Shown: positions 25,381 to 32,482 of the stretch, in pieces
How the letters are laid out: the number at the start of each line of letters is the position of its first letter
Numbering within the stretch: position 1 is the first letter of the stretch
Virus record (IMG/VR): IMGVR_UViG_3300048854_000272
Location: 1-32,482 of that record
Strand: one strand, 5' to 3'
Origin: a virus
Lineage: Duplodnaviria; Caudoviricetes
DNA: 32,482 bases
Translations under genes and position numbers: made by a program
The notes under the pieces: model-generated
Database searches by the model: none
What the model saw: the letters and a program-made list of their open reading frames with translations, nothing else
Told to the model about the DNA's origin: nothing

Positions 25381-27347
25381 TGGCATCCTCGCCCCCACCG
25401 ACGACGCCCGCGCAAGCGGCGGCCGCTTTTCTCGGCTATGTCGCGAACATCAATGCCGACCGGGCTGCGTATAAGAACTGGTGCGGCGGCACGCCCACGG
25501 GCGGACCGAACGGCGACGGCAATTATCCGCTGACCGACTTCACCGGCAACACGATCCTCGTCGCGTGTCCCGCGAAGCTCGCGGCGATCGGCGGCAACAT
25601 CACCGCGATGATGGCGGCCTTGGCCGAGGCCGAGCAGTCCGAGGTTGTCACCGAGCAGGTCGAGGTCATCTTCACGCCATCGGCCGGTGCGGTGCCGGTT
25701 CGCGGCAGCCCGTTCATGTTCGCCTCGCGCCGGACGGTCGACCTTCAGCCGGTGCTGGACGCGCAGATCAGCGATCTCGTCCAGATCACGCGGCTCGGCT
25801 CCGACAAGCAGCTATCTCTCGGCGCGATCACGAAGCTGCTGAACAACAATTACATCAACCTGCTCTCGCCGCCATACAATGTGAAGCCGGACATGCGCGA
25901 GGTCCGCGACGCGACCAGCACCGCCGGCACGCCCTATATCGATAGTCCATCGGCCGGCTTCACGTCCGACGATGTCGGCAAGACGATCGTGCTGTCGAGC
26001 GCAGCGAACACGGGCGGCGGCCCGCTGGCCAGCACCATCATCGCTTGCATCTCGGCGACACGCGTCCAGATGGCGGTCAATTCGACGAACAGCGCCACGG
26101 CGCGCTGCTATTGGGGCACCGACAATACCGTCGGCGTCCGCCAGGCGATGGCCGATGCGGAGAGCGTCGGGATCTATCAGATGGGGACGACCATTGTCGT
26201 TCCGGCCGGCGGGATCATGACGCGGCCGTTCCGCCAGCACGCCCGCACAACGCTTTTTGGATACGGCGATCGGCAGAGTTTCTTCTACCGCCTTCCCGCG
26301 CTGTCGGGCGGAACCGGCCTCGACGCCAAGGCGGGCGTGTCTTTCTTCCGAAATTACGTCCAGTTCAACAACACGACTGGCGATAACGGGAAATTCTATC
26401 CGTTTGGCGACGACTTCATCGCACTCGTCAACGTCGGGTTCCAGGGCGGCTTTTTCGGTCAGCCCGGTGGCGATCCAGGCGTCACCGTGGAGTTTCTGTC
26501 GACGCTCGGCGACGAGGCCCTGGCCCAGGCCGATCCGTATTGGCGCATGATCAATGTGTCGGTTTGGGAGAGCCCGGGGGACGGCATCCACACCTACGGG
26601 CGCTCGTCATCCAACTTCGGCTTCATCAACGTCGAGAATTGCAACAACCGCGGTTATCACGTCGAGAGTTTCGACGACAACGTGAACACGATCGTCGTGA
26701 TCGCGAACGGCCAAGCCGGGCTCCATCTCGACGGCAATGGTGGCGCGAACGGCAACTTCACGACGGTCAAGGCTTCGTTTAACGGGACGGCGGGATCGAG
26801 CAATCGTATCAACGTCAACGTCCTGATCGAGGGCGAGGGCTTCACTCTAACGGGTTGCCGCTTCCAAGAATCGTTGAACAGTAATCTGACGATCTGTGGG
26901 CAGCGCAACCAGATCAACGGCGTTTCGATCGAGGATACCGGGTGCATCCAGCCGAAGCATGGCGGAGGCCCGTCGACAGCCACGGTGCGCGCGGGGATTC
27001 TGTTCGCCAACATCAACAATGCCGGCAACAACGAATACGCCTACGGCAACCAGCTCTACAATGTGGTCATCGGCCCTTCAGTCCATAGCGGCGATGCTGC
27101 CGCACAATATGGAAGCCACGGGATTTACTTTCAGGGCTCTGCAACATCATCGATAAACGCGCCGCAATACAATGTTATCGAGGCCAGAATGACGACCCCG
27201 TTCGGTCAGATCAATGGGGCGACCGGCGCTATCACGCCGTGGAGTTTCGAGAACTGGGGCGCCGGCACCGGTAAGACCGGCAAGGACGCCTTCAGCAGCT
27301 ACAATGCTAATAACGTGACGATGGACGGCGTTCTGGTGGCCGACTGA
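25380..27347 (+). CDS. Tailspike/tail fibre with parallel beta-helix (putative polysaccharide depolymerase)
   Basis: N-terminal anchor GGPNGDGNYPLTD; WGTDNT.GVRQAM entry motif; N/G-rich repeats (DGIH, RGYHV, AGLHL) typical of pectate-lyase-like folds. Confidence 0.8.
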   Translation: MASSPPPTTPAQAAAAFLGYVANINADRAAYKNWCGGTPTGGPNGDGNYPLTDFTGNTILVACPAKLAAIGGNITAMMAALAEAEQSEVVTEQVEVIFTPSAGAVPVRGSPFMFASRRTVDLQPVLDAQISDLVQITRLGSDKQLSLGAITKLLNNNYINLLSPPYNVKPDMREVRDATSTAGTPYIDSPSAGFTSDDVGKTIVLSSAANTGGGPLASTIIACISATRVQMAVNSTNSATARCYWGTDNTVGVRQAMADAESVGIYQMGTTIVVPAGGIMTRPFRQHARTTLFGYGDRQSFFYRLPALSGGTGLDAKAGVSFFRNYVQFNNTTGDNGKFYPFGDDFIALVNVGFQGGFFGQPGGDPGVTVEFLSTLGDEALAQADPYWRMINVSVWESPGDGIHTYGRSSSNFGFINVENCNNRGYHVESFDDNVNTIVVIANGQAGLHLDGNGGANGNFTTVKASFNGTAGSSNRINVNVLIEGEGFTLTGCRFQESLNSNLTICGQRNQINGVSIEDTGCIQPKHGGGPSTATVRAGILFANINNAGNNEYAYGNQLYNVVIGPSVHSGDAAAQYGSHGIYFQGSATSSINAPQYNVIEARMTTPFGQINGATGAITPWSFENWGAGTGKTGKDAFSSYNANNVTMDGVLVAD

Positions 27348-27467
27348 CGGCGATGCACCCCGAAGGCGGAGGGCGTGATCTCCCGCCGCTAAAATCCAGC
27401 ATTTTCTATCACTAGTGCGCGCCAGAGCTCGGGCGCGGATCTCGGGGGCGTTGTGAGGGGATCGAAC

Positions 27468-27830
27468 ATGTCTGAGCCAGTCGTGCAGCCCACGCCGGGT
27501 AACATCGAGGCATCGCTTGTCAGGCTCGAGGGCAAAATCGATCGTGTGATCGATAATCAGACGCACCAGGCCGAAGAAGTGAAGATCGTCCGGGAGCGCC
27601 TGCACGAGCATGCGAACATTCTCACGACCTTCACAGCGCTGAATATCCCGGAAAAACTCACGGCGGCGCGGGAGAGACTGGATCAACACCAGGCGGATAT
27701 CACGGCGTTGCGGAGCGATTTCGACCAGCGCAGGGGAGCGCTCAACGTCATGAAGGCGCTCTGGGCAATGATCGGCCTCATCGGCGCCGGGGGCATCGCC
27801 GCGATCGTGAAGCTCATCGCCGCTCATTGA
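27468..27830 (+). CDS. Coiled-coil protein with C-terminal membrane anchor (holin/antiholin-like position)
   Basis: RBS GAGGGG; LVRLEGKIDR coiled coil; hydrophobic C-terminus; precedes the lysin. Confidence 0.65.
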   Translation: MSEPVVQPTPGNIEASLVRLEGKIDRVIDNQTHQAEEVKIVRERLHEHANILTTFTALNIPEKLTAARERLDQHQADITALRSDFDQRRGALNVMKALWAMIGLIGAGGIAAIVKLIAAH

Positions 27831-27853
27831 CCATCGTTTTTGCTGGAGGTTTT

Positions 27854-28372
27854 ATGATCCCACTCGCCTGGGGGCGCAAAGTCGCGCCCGCCTTCCGTGA
27901 CCGCGTGCGCGCTATCGCCGGCGAGCTCGGCTGCTCGGCCTCCGACCTCATGGCCTGCATGGCCTGGGAGACCGGCAGGAGCTTCTCGCCTTCGGTGCGC
28001 AACAGCGCCGGCAGCGGCGCGATCGGTCTGATCCAGTTCATGCCGCAGACGGCCGGCCAGATGCACACCACGACGGACAAGCTCGCCGCGATGAGCGCGG
28101 TCGCGCAACTGGATTATGTCGATCTCTATTTCCGCCCTTGGCGTGGGCGGCTTCACAATCTCGGCGATCTCTACTGCGCGATTCTCTGGCCGGCCGGCGT
28201 CGGCAAGGCGGATACCGCAATCCTGTTCGAGAAGGGCGGAGATCACCCGAAGCTCTACCTGCAAAACGCAGGGCTCGATCTCAACCACGACAACGACATC
28301 ACGCGCGGCGAGGTGACAGCGAAGGTGCGTGCGCTGCTCGCCGAGGGACTGCTGCCGGCGAACGCGGCCTAG
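27854..28372 (+). CDS. Endolysin, lytic transglycosylase/lysozyme-like, with C-terminal EF-hand-like loop
   Basis: Catalytic MAWETG, SGAIGLIQFMP motif, QLDYV; DLNHDNDITRGE loop; RBS GGAGG before ATG 27854. Confidence 0.9.
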   Translation: MIPLAWGRKVAPAFRDRVRAIAGELGCSASDLMACMAWETGRSFSPSVRNSAGSGAIGLIQFMPQTAGQMHTTTDKLAAMSAVAQLDYVDLYFRPWRGRLHNLGDLYCAILWPAGVGKADTAILFEKGGDHPKLYLQNAGLDLNHDNDITRGEVTAKVRALLAEGLLPANAA

Positions 28373-28608
28373 GCCGGCGGGTTGATGTCGGCCCAGTGGG
28401 TTACGCCGCTAATGGGAAGGCATTCGTAAAGCGCCCTCCAATGTCCGTCCGGCTCAGGGTCGTCGAGCTGATGGAATATATCGCCGCCCCGCTCCCAGGT
28501 GCCGACATCCGGACCGTCAGCCCACAAAAGCATATTGCGGCCATCCTTCCGATCATCGGGAATTGCATCGATCGGCTGCCAGTCGATGCCTTTGACGTGG
28601 ATCATCAT
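28369..28608 (-). CDS. Small antisense protein, DUF551-like
   Basis: RBS GGAGA before ATG 28608; WQPIDAIP..RKDG..MLLW and VTHWADINPP termini; stop overlaps the lysin stop (CTAG). Confidence 0.75.
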   Translation of the reverse strand: MMIHVKGIDWQPIDAIPDDRKDGRNMLLWADGPDVGTWERGGDIFHQLDDPEPDGHWRALYECLPISGVTHWADINPPA

Positions 28609-28625
28609 ATTCTCCGTTCGCTGCA

Positions 28626-28750
28626 CGCCGGCGGTAGGGATTCGAGCCCACGGCAGGCTGGGTATCGGCTCTCCGGCGCCACCCAACCCAACTAGCCGGT
28701 CACGCCCTTACTCGTTCGGGTTCAGCCTTAGACCACTCAGCAACACCGAC
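28626..28750 (-). ncRNA. tRNA-like RNA/pseudo-tRNA (Ser/Leu-type D arm, no canonical anticodon arm)
   Basis: On the - strand: acceptor GTCGGTG/CGCCGGC, D arm GCT-GAGTGGTCTAA-GGC, T arm GTGGG-CTCGAAT-CCCTAC, long extra stem GGGTTGGGT/ACCCAGCCT; no encoded CCA. Confidence 0.7.
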
Positions 28751-28784
28751 GCGCAGCACCGCTTTCTACCATCCGGAGCATCCC

Positions 28785-29087
28785 ATGAACAGCATTCCGC
28801 ACGTCCGTGTGGTGGTGGGCTTTTGCCTGCTCGCCGCCGTTGCGTACCTTGGCTTCAGCATCTTCATCGTCGGCTGGTCCGGTGACGCCGCGCTACGCGG
28901 CGACGTGATCGGCACATGGAAGTCCTTCGCGGTCGCCGCCTTCGCCTTCTGGGTCGGATCGAGCAGCGGGGGCAAAGCCAAGGATGCCCCGCCCCCTCCT
29001 AAAGATGCCCGTGAGGCTGCCGACGCCGTCGCAGGCGCCGCCACCGATCGGGCCAACTCAATCACTGGCGACACTACCGGCGCCTGA
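28785..29087 (+). CDS. Holin-like membrane protein
   Basis: Two hydrophobic segments ending in AFWVGSSSGGK, the F.FGSS.GS-type motif of small phage holin-like proteins; RBS GGAG. Confidence 0.75.
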   Translation: MNSIPHVRVVVGFCLLAAVAYLGFSIFIVGWSGDAALRGDVIGTWKSFAVAAFAFWVGSSSGGKAKDAPPPPKDAREAADAVAGAATDRANSITGDTTGA

Positions 29088-29139
29088 ACCCAGTCCCCCG
29101 GCGCGAGGTGCGCCGGACGACACTCCATGGAGAAGTGCT

Positions 29140-29571
29140 ATGTCCCTCATTCCGGACTTTCATATCGTGTTCCTGAACGACGCCCAGAAGGCCGTCGTGA
29201 AGCAGGCGCTGGCCGATGCGGGCCACGTCGTCGAGGTTGCGGCCAAGTCGGCCGGCGACGACCTCGTGCTCGCGCTGAAGTCGACATCGGTCGGCACCTT
29301 CATCGCGTCGGAGATCTCGACGCTGAAGGATGCCTCGCTGACCGGCCTGCAGAAGATGGAGCAGGTCGTCGAGAAGGCCATCCCCGCAGCGATCGCGCTG
29401 TTCGCCGCCGGCGGTGTCGCCAAGACGGCGGAAGAGGTCGAGGATGCCGTGCGCGGCGCCGCACAACTGATCTACAACGACACGGTCTCGACCACGATCC
29501 CGGCGCTTGCTGCCGATGTCGGAAAGATCGTCGGCGCGGTGACCGCTCCGACTGCTCTCGCGCCAGCCTGA
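29140..29571 (+). CDS. Hypothetical helical protein
   Basis: RBS GGAG before ATG 29140; Ala-rich amphipathic helices; TGLQKMEQV motif. Confidence 0.7.
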   Translation: MSLIPDFHIVFLNDAQKAVVKQALADAGHVVEVAAKSAGDDLVLALKSTSVGTFIASEISTLKDASLTGLQKMEQVVEKAIPAAIALFAAGGVAKTAEEVEDAVRGAAQLIYNDTVSTTIPALAADVGKIVGAVTAPTALAPA

Positions 29572-29828
29572 TGAAGACCGCCAATGTGATCAGCGCCGGC
29601 CCGGAAGAACATCCGGAGTCCGGCGCTGATCTCATGCGCATCCTCGTAAACCGGCCGTGGGCTGTCGCTGGAGAGCGATGGCCCGCGACCGAACTATGGG
29701 CTCAGCGGGATATGCCGGAGCCCGTAACCGGCGAGGCGATCGAGTGGGATCACCGCCACGTCTGGCTGCGCGGCGTCCGCTACGAAAAGCCCGAGGACGA
29801 TCGAAACCCGTCCGCATCGCTGCACTGA
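29571..29828 (+). CDS. Hypothetical protein (85 aa)
   Basis: TGATG coupling with the upstream gene; 3' part of ORF 29127..29828. Confidence 0.55.
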   Translation: MKTANVISAGPEEHPESGADLMRILVNRPWAVAGERWPATELWAQRDMPEPVTGEAIEWDHRHVWLRGVRYEKPEDDRNPSASLH

Positions 29829-29853
29829 TGCGCCCCTTTGAAAGGACCATTCG

Positions 29854-30621
29854 ATGAAGACGCTCATCCGAACAGCCCTTGCGCTGTTCGCCGTGATCGC
29901 GCTCGGCTTCCCGACGCCGACCGTTGCCCAGATCGTTTCCGGCCCGCCGGCAGGCGCCGGCTCGGCGCCGCGGCTGGTGCCCAGCGGCGCCGTGGGGTTC
30001 GGCTCCCTGGGCCAACCCTATACGGCCGTCGACCTTACGCACGGACTGCCCGTCAATTGCATCGTTGGATGTGGCGGTGGTGGCGGCGGCTCCAACGCGG
30101 CCGCAGCATCGACGGGAACGACGGCCAGCGGCTTCGCAAGCCAGACCGGCTACGTCGGCTCCGACGGCAAGGTCTATAATTGGGTTGGCGATCTGCTCGG
30201 CCATCCTGCCGTATCGATCTTCGGGACGGTCCCGATCAGCGCCGCCTCGCTGCCGCTGCCGGCCGGCGCAGCGATCGCGGCGAAGCAACCCACGCTCGAC
30301 ACCAACGGCGACATCCGGCTGCCGACCTATACGGTGACCCCGTTCTTCGTCTCGATCGCGGCGAGCACGTCCACCACCCTTCTCGCCAGCAGCGCGACGC
30401 GGATTGGCTTCGACGTCCAGTGCGCGACCGGCGGCGTCGGAATCAGCCGCACCGGAGCGACGCTGACGAGTGCCACCCCTTCATCGGGCGGCGCCGATCT
30501 CGTTATCCCTGCGAGCGCGAACGCCTACTTCACCCCGTCCTACGTGTCGAAGACGGCAGCGGTCACCGCCTACACCGGGACGGCTCAGGCTTGCTGGGGT
30601 GTAAGCTATGCACAGCAGTAA
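29854..30621 (+). CDS. Exported Gly/Ala/Thr/Ser-rich protein
   Basis: Signal-peptide-like MKTLIRTALALFAVIALGFPTPTVA/Q; RBS AAGGA; poly-Gly linker; beta-rich C-terminal domain. Confidence 0.8.
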   Translation: MKTLIRTALALFAVIALGFPTPTVAQIVSGPPAGAGSAPRLVPSGAVGFGSLGQPYTAVDLTHGLPVNCIVGCGGGGGGSNAAAASTGTTASGFASQTGYVGSDGKVYNWVGDLLGHPAVSIFGTVPISAASLPLPAGAAIAAKQPTLDTNGDIRLPTYTVTPFFVSIAASTSTTLLASSATRIGFDVQCATGGVGISRTGATLTSATPSSGGADLVIPASANAYFTPSYVSKTAAVTAYTGTAQACWGVSYAQQ

Positions 30622-32482
30622 GCTCTTCCGCGCGCTGATCGGGCTGCTCGCGCTCGTCGGCGCTTTCGCGCCAGCGGCTGCTATCCGTCCGCGCATCGGC
30701 TCGCTCGGCTTCCGGCCGGGGTTCCAGTTCGTGTCGCTTGGGGCCGGCGCAACCTCCCTCCAGCCGATCGAAAGAGGCAACGCAGGCCTCGCCACGGCGA
30801 CGGTCACATCCAGTCAGGCCGCGCAGTATACCGTCCATACCGTTCGCGGATCGGCGACGGGCGACCTGATCGTCACGCTCGCGGCGGTGACTTGGGACAC
30901 GCTGCTCGGCGAACTCCCGATCGGTAACGACATCTCGTTCCGCGTCCAGGTCGAGACGCCCAAAGGCTCCGGCACATTCTCGACCGCCGTGACGGGGACG
31001 GTGCCGAACGGGCAGTCTCTTGATGTCGATACCGGCGTGCCTGTCCCTGCGGATGGGAGCGATTTCGGCCTCTTCGTATGGGCGTCGGCTGCGGTTCTTC
31101 CGACGCGCGGCACGGGCGGAGCGATCAACACCGAGCTCTATACCGACGAAGGCTGCATCGTCAGCACGACGGTTTCAACGACGCCCACGAACGCCATCGC
31201 CGATAGTTTCTCGCGTCGGCGCAGGCTCGCCCTCGTGGCCGGTATCTTCGCGCAGCGTGCCACGACCGATAAGACAGTCGCCGTCGTCGGCGACAGCATC
31301 CAAGCCTATGAGACGGCGACACTGGCCGCGAACAGCGCGACCAGCGATCATGTTCGCGGCGATCTCACCCGCACCATCAGCCAGTCCTATGCGACCATCA
31401 ATCTTGGTATCGGCGGCGACCAGCCATCGACCGCGCTCTTCGCGTCGCGTCCGATCTGGCGGATGCTGTGGGGCCGCGCGACCTATGTTGCGAATGCCTA
31501 TGGCATCAACGAGTTCAACAACCGCAACCTCTCGGCGGCGGCCGCGCTCGCATACCGCGCCAATTTCGTCCGCCTGTTCAACGGCAAGCACTATATCGAT
31601 GGGACGCTGACACCGCGCGTGACGGCCACGACCGACGCCTATGCGACCGAGGCGAACCAGACGGCGGCGACCTATTCGGCGGCGACCGACACGTACAACA
31701 CGGCGATCCGCGCGCAGGCCAACTTCATCGAGCGTCGGACACCTATTCAGGGCATCAATCCTGATGTCTGGCCGGTCAACGGCACGGCCAATTATTCGAC
31801 CCTCGACGGCCTGCATCCGTCGCTGACTGGCCTCGGCCTGATCATGGAGACACAGACCGCGATCAAGGCTGCGCTCGATGCCGCGCCGGTAGCAGCGTTC
31901 GTACAGGCCGATCCGACGTTGACCTTGGCCGCGACGCCGGCGTTCGCGGGCGGCAAATTCACGCGAGGTACGGCGATCGGCAACGGCTTCGTTGCGTCCG
32001 CCGCGCCCGCGTCATCGGAAGCGTTCTTCACGGTCACCAGTACCGCGGCAAATGGGTTCGGCATCTTCGACTGGCAGCTCGGCTCGGCCGGCGCAGTTGC
32101 GGTCAATTCGTCCGGCAATCTTGTGTTCAAGGCGGGCAACGGGTCAAACTTGGCTGGAACGACCGTCCTCACCGGCACTGGCGAGCGCCACGTCGAAGTC
32201 GATACATCTTCGACTGGGACGAAGGTCTACCTTGATGGCGTGCTGGAAATCACCTTGGCGTGGACCCCCAACGCCACGCAGACGAATACCAATCTAGCGG
32301 TCCACATCCCGAACGGCGGAGGCGCGATCCGCCAGATAGCGAGCTTCGCGGCGCTTCGGCACAGCGCGAACTTCACACCGCCCGCGCCTGGATATCTCGT
32401 CCCGGCGAGTGATCCGACGTGCGTGGCCTATTGGCCGCTGGCGACGGACGGATCGGGTCAGGTCGGAGGGTATCTGCCGTAG
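30608..32482 (+). CDS. Exported SGNH/GDSL hydrolase with C-terminal LamG/ConA-like domain
   Basis: Signal peptide MHSSKLFRALIGLLALVGAFAPAAA; blocks VVGDSI, NLGIGG, YGINE, DGLHPS; C-terminal HVEV...TKVYLDGVL...ALRHSANFTPP. Confidence 0.85.
   Translation: MHSSKLFRALIGLLALVGAFAPAAAIRPRIGSLGFRPGFQFVSLGAGATSLQPIERGNAGLATATVTSSQAAQYTVHTVRGSATGDLIVTLAAVTWDTLLGELPIGNDISFRVQVETPKGSGTFSTAVTGTVPNGQSLDVDTGVPVPADGSDFGLFVWASAAVLPTRGTGGAINTELYTDEGCIVSTTVSTTPTNAIADSFSRRRRLALVAGIFAQRATTDKTVAVVGDSIQAYETATLAANSATSDHVRGDLTRTISQSYATINLGIGGDQPSTALFASRPIWRMLWGRATYVANAYGINEFNNRNLSAAAALAYRANFVRLFNGKHYIDGTLTPRVTATTDAYATEANQTAATYSAATDTYNTAIRAQANFIERRTPIQGINPDVWPVNGTANYSTLDGLHPSLTGLGLIMETQTAIKAALDAAPVAAFVQADPTLTLAATPAFAGGKFTRGTAIGNGFVASAAPASSEAFFTVTSTAANGFGIFDWQLGSAGAVAVNSSGNLVFKAGNGSNLAGTTVLTGTGERHVEVDTSSTGTKVYLDGVLEITLAWTPNATQTNTNLAVHIPNGGGAIRQIASFAALRHSANFTPPAPGYLVPASDPTCVAYWPLATDGSGQVGGYLP

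Larger units (their letters stand above)
1..32482 (+). mobile_element. Temperate siphovirus/prophage segment (replication through lysis and downstream cargo), lambda-like head module
   Basis: Co-oriented, tightly coupled genes in canonical order: replication, antiterminator, terminase, portal, protease, capsid, tail, tape measure, tail tip, lysin. Element ends are not visible. Confidence 0.97.

Noticed and set aside
22094-27347. Diversity-generating retroelement or invertible tail-fibre cassette
   Set aside because: No reverse transcriptase, invertase, or TR/VR repeat pair seen; the only repeat noted (GGCAACATCGTCCT near 23237 and 23345) is a short coding motif.
28630-28637. GGCGGTAG, matching the RfaH ops core
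   Set aside because: An 8-mer is expected by chance in 32 kb of GC-rich DNA, lacks the downstream TG, and is explained as the complement of the tRNA-like acceptor/T arm.
28626-28750. Functional tRNA gene or att site
   Set aside because: No canonical 5-bp/7-nt anticodon arm and an altered T loop; no second copy or integrase in the window, and phage genes continue on both sides.
1-32482. CRISPR array, rRNA, IS element or gene transfer agent
   Set aside because: No spaced repeat array, rRNA or transposase seen; a replication gene, cos-type terminase and lambda gpE capsid argue for a true phage rather than an RcGTA-like cluster.

Overview
This GC-rich window is one continuous, almost entirely + strand segment of a temperate tailed phage or prophage (siphovirus type). 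An alphaproteobacterial, Sphingomonadaceae-like host is inferred from gene content and codon style only. Gene order: late-early/replication block (DUF1064 nuclease, DUF1376 replication initiator with an internal iteron-like origin, small accessory ORFs, LexA-type wHTH), then a phage-encoded NusG-family antiterminator where lambda has Q, a hairpin-rich leader with three tiny coupled ORFs, and a lambda-like cos region. A complete lambda-type head module follows (TerS, GpA TerL, gpW-like, portal, S49 protease, scaffold, decoration, gpE capsid), then neck and tail genes with a -1 frameshifted tail chaperone, tape measure, tail tip, beta-helix tailspike and lysis genes, and finally two signal-peptide-bearing proteins, one an SGNH hydrolase with a probable LamG-like domain. 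No integrase, repressor or att site is visible. The most unusual items are a tRNA-like RNA with no canonical anticodon arm on the - strand inside the lysis cassette that leads into a small antisense ORF, the NusG paralog plus structured leader as a candidate late-gene switch, and the exported protein pair. All family assignments come from motif recognition by eye, not database searches.
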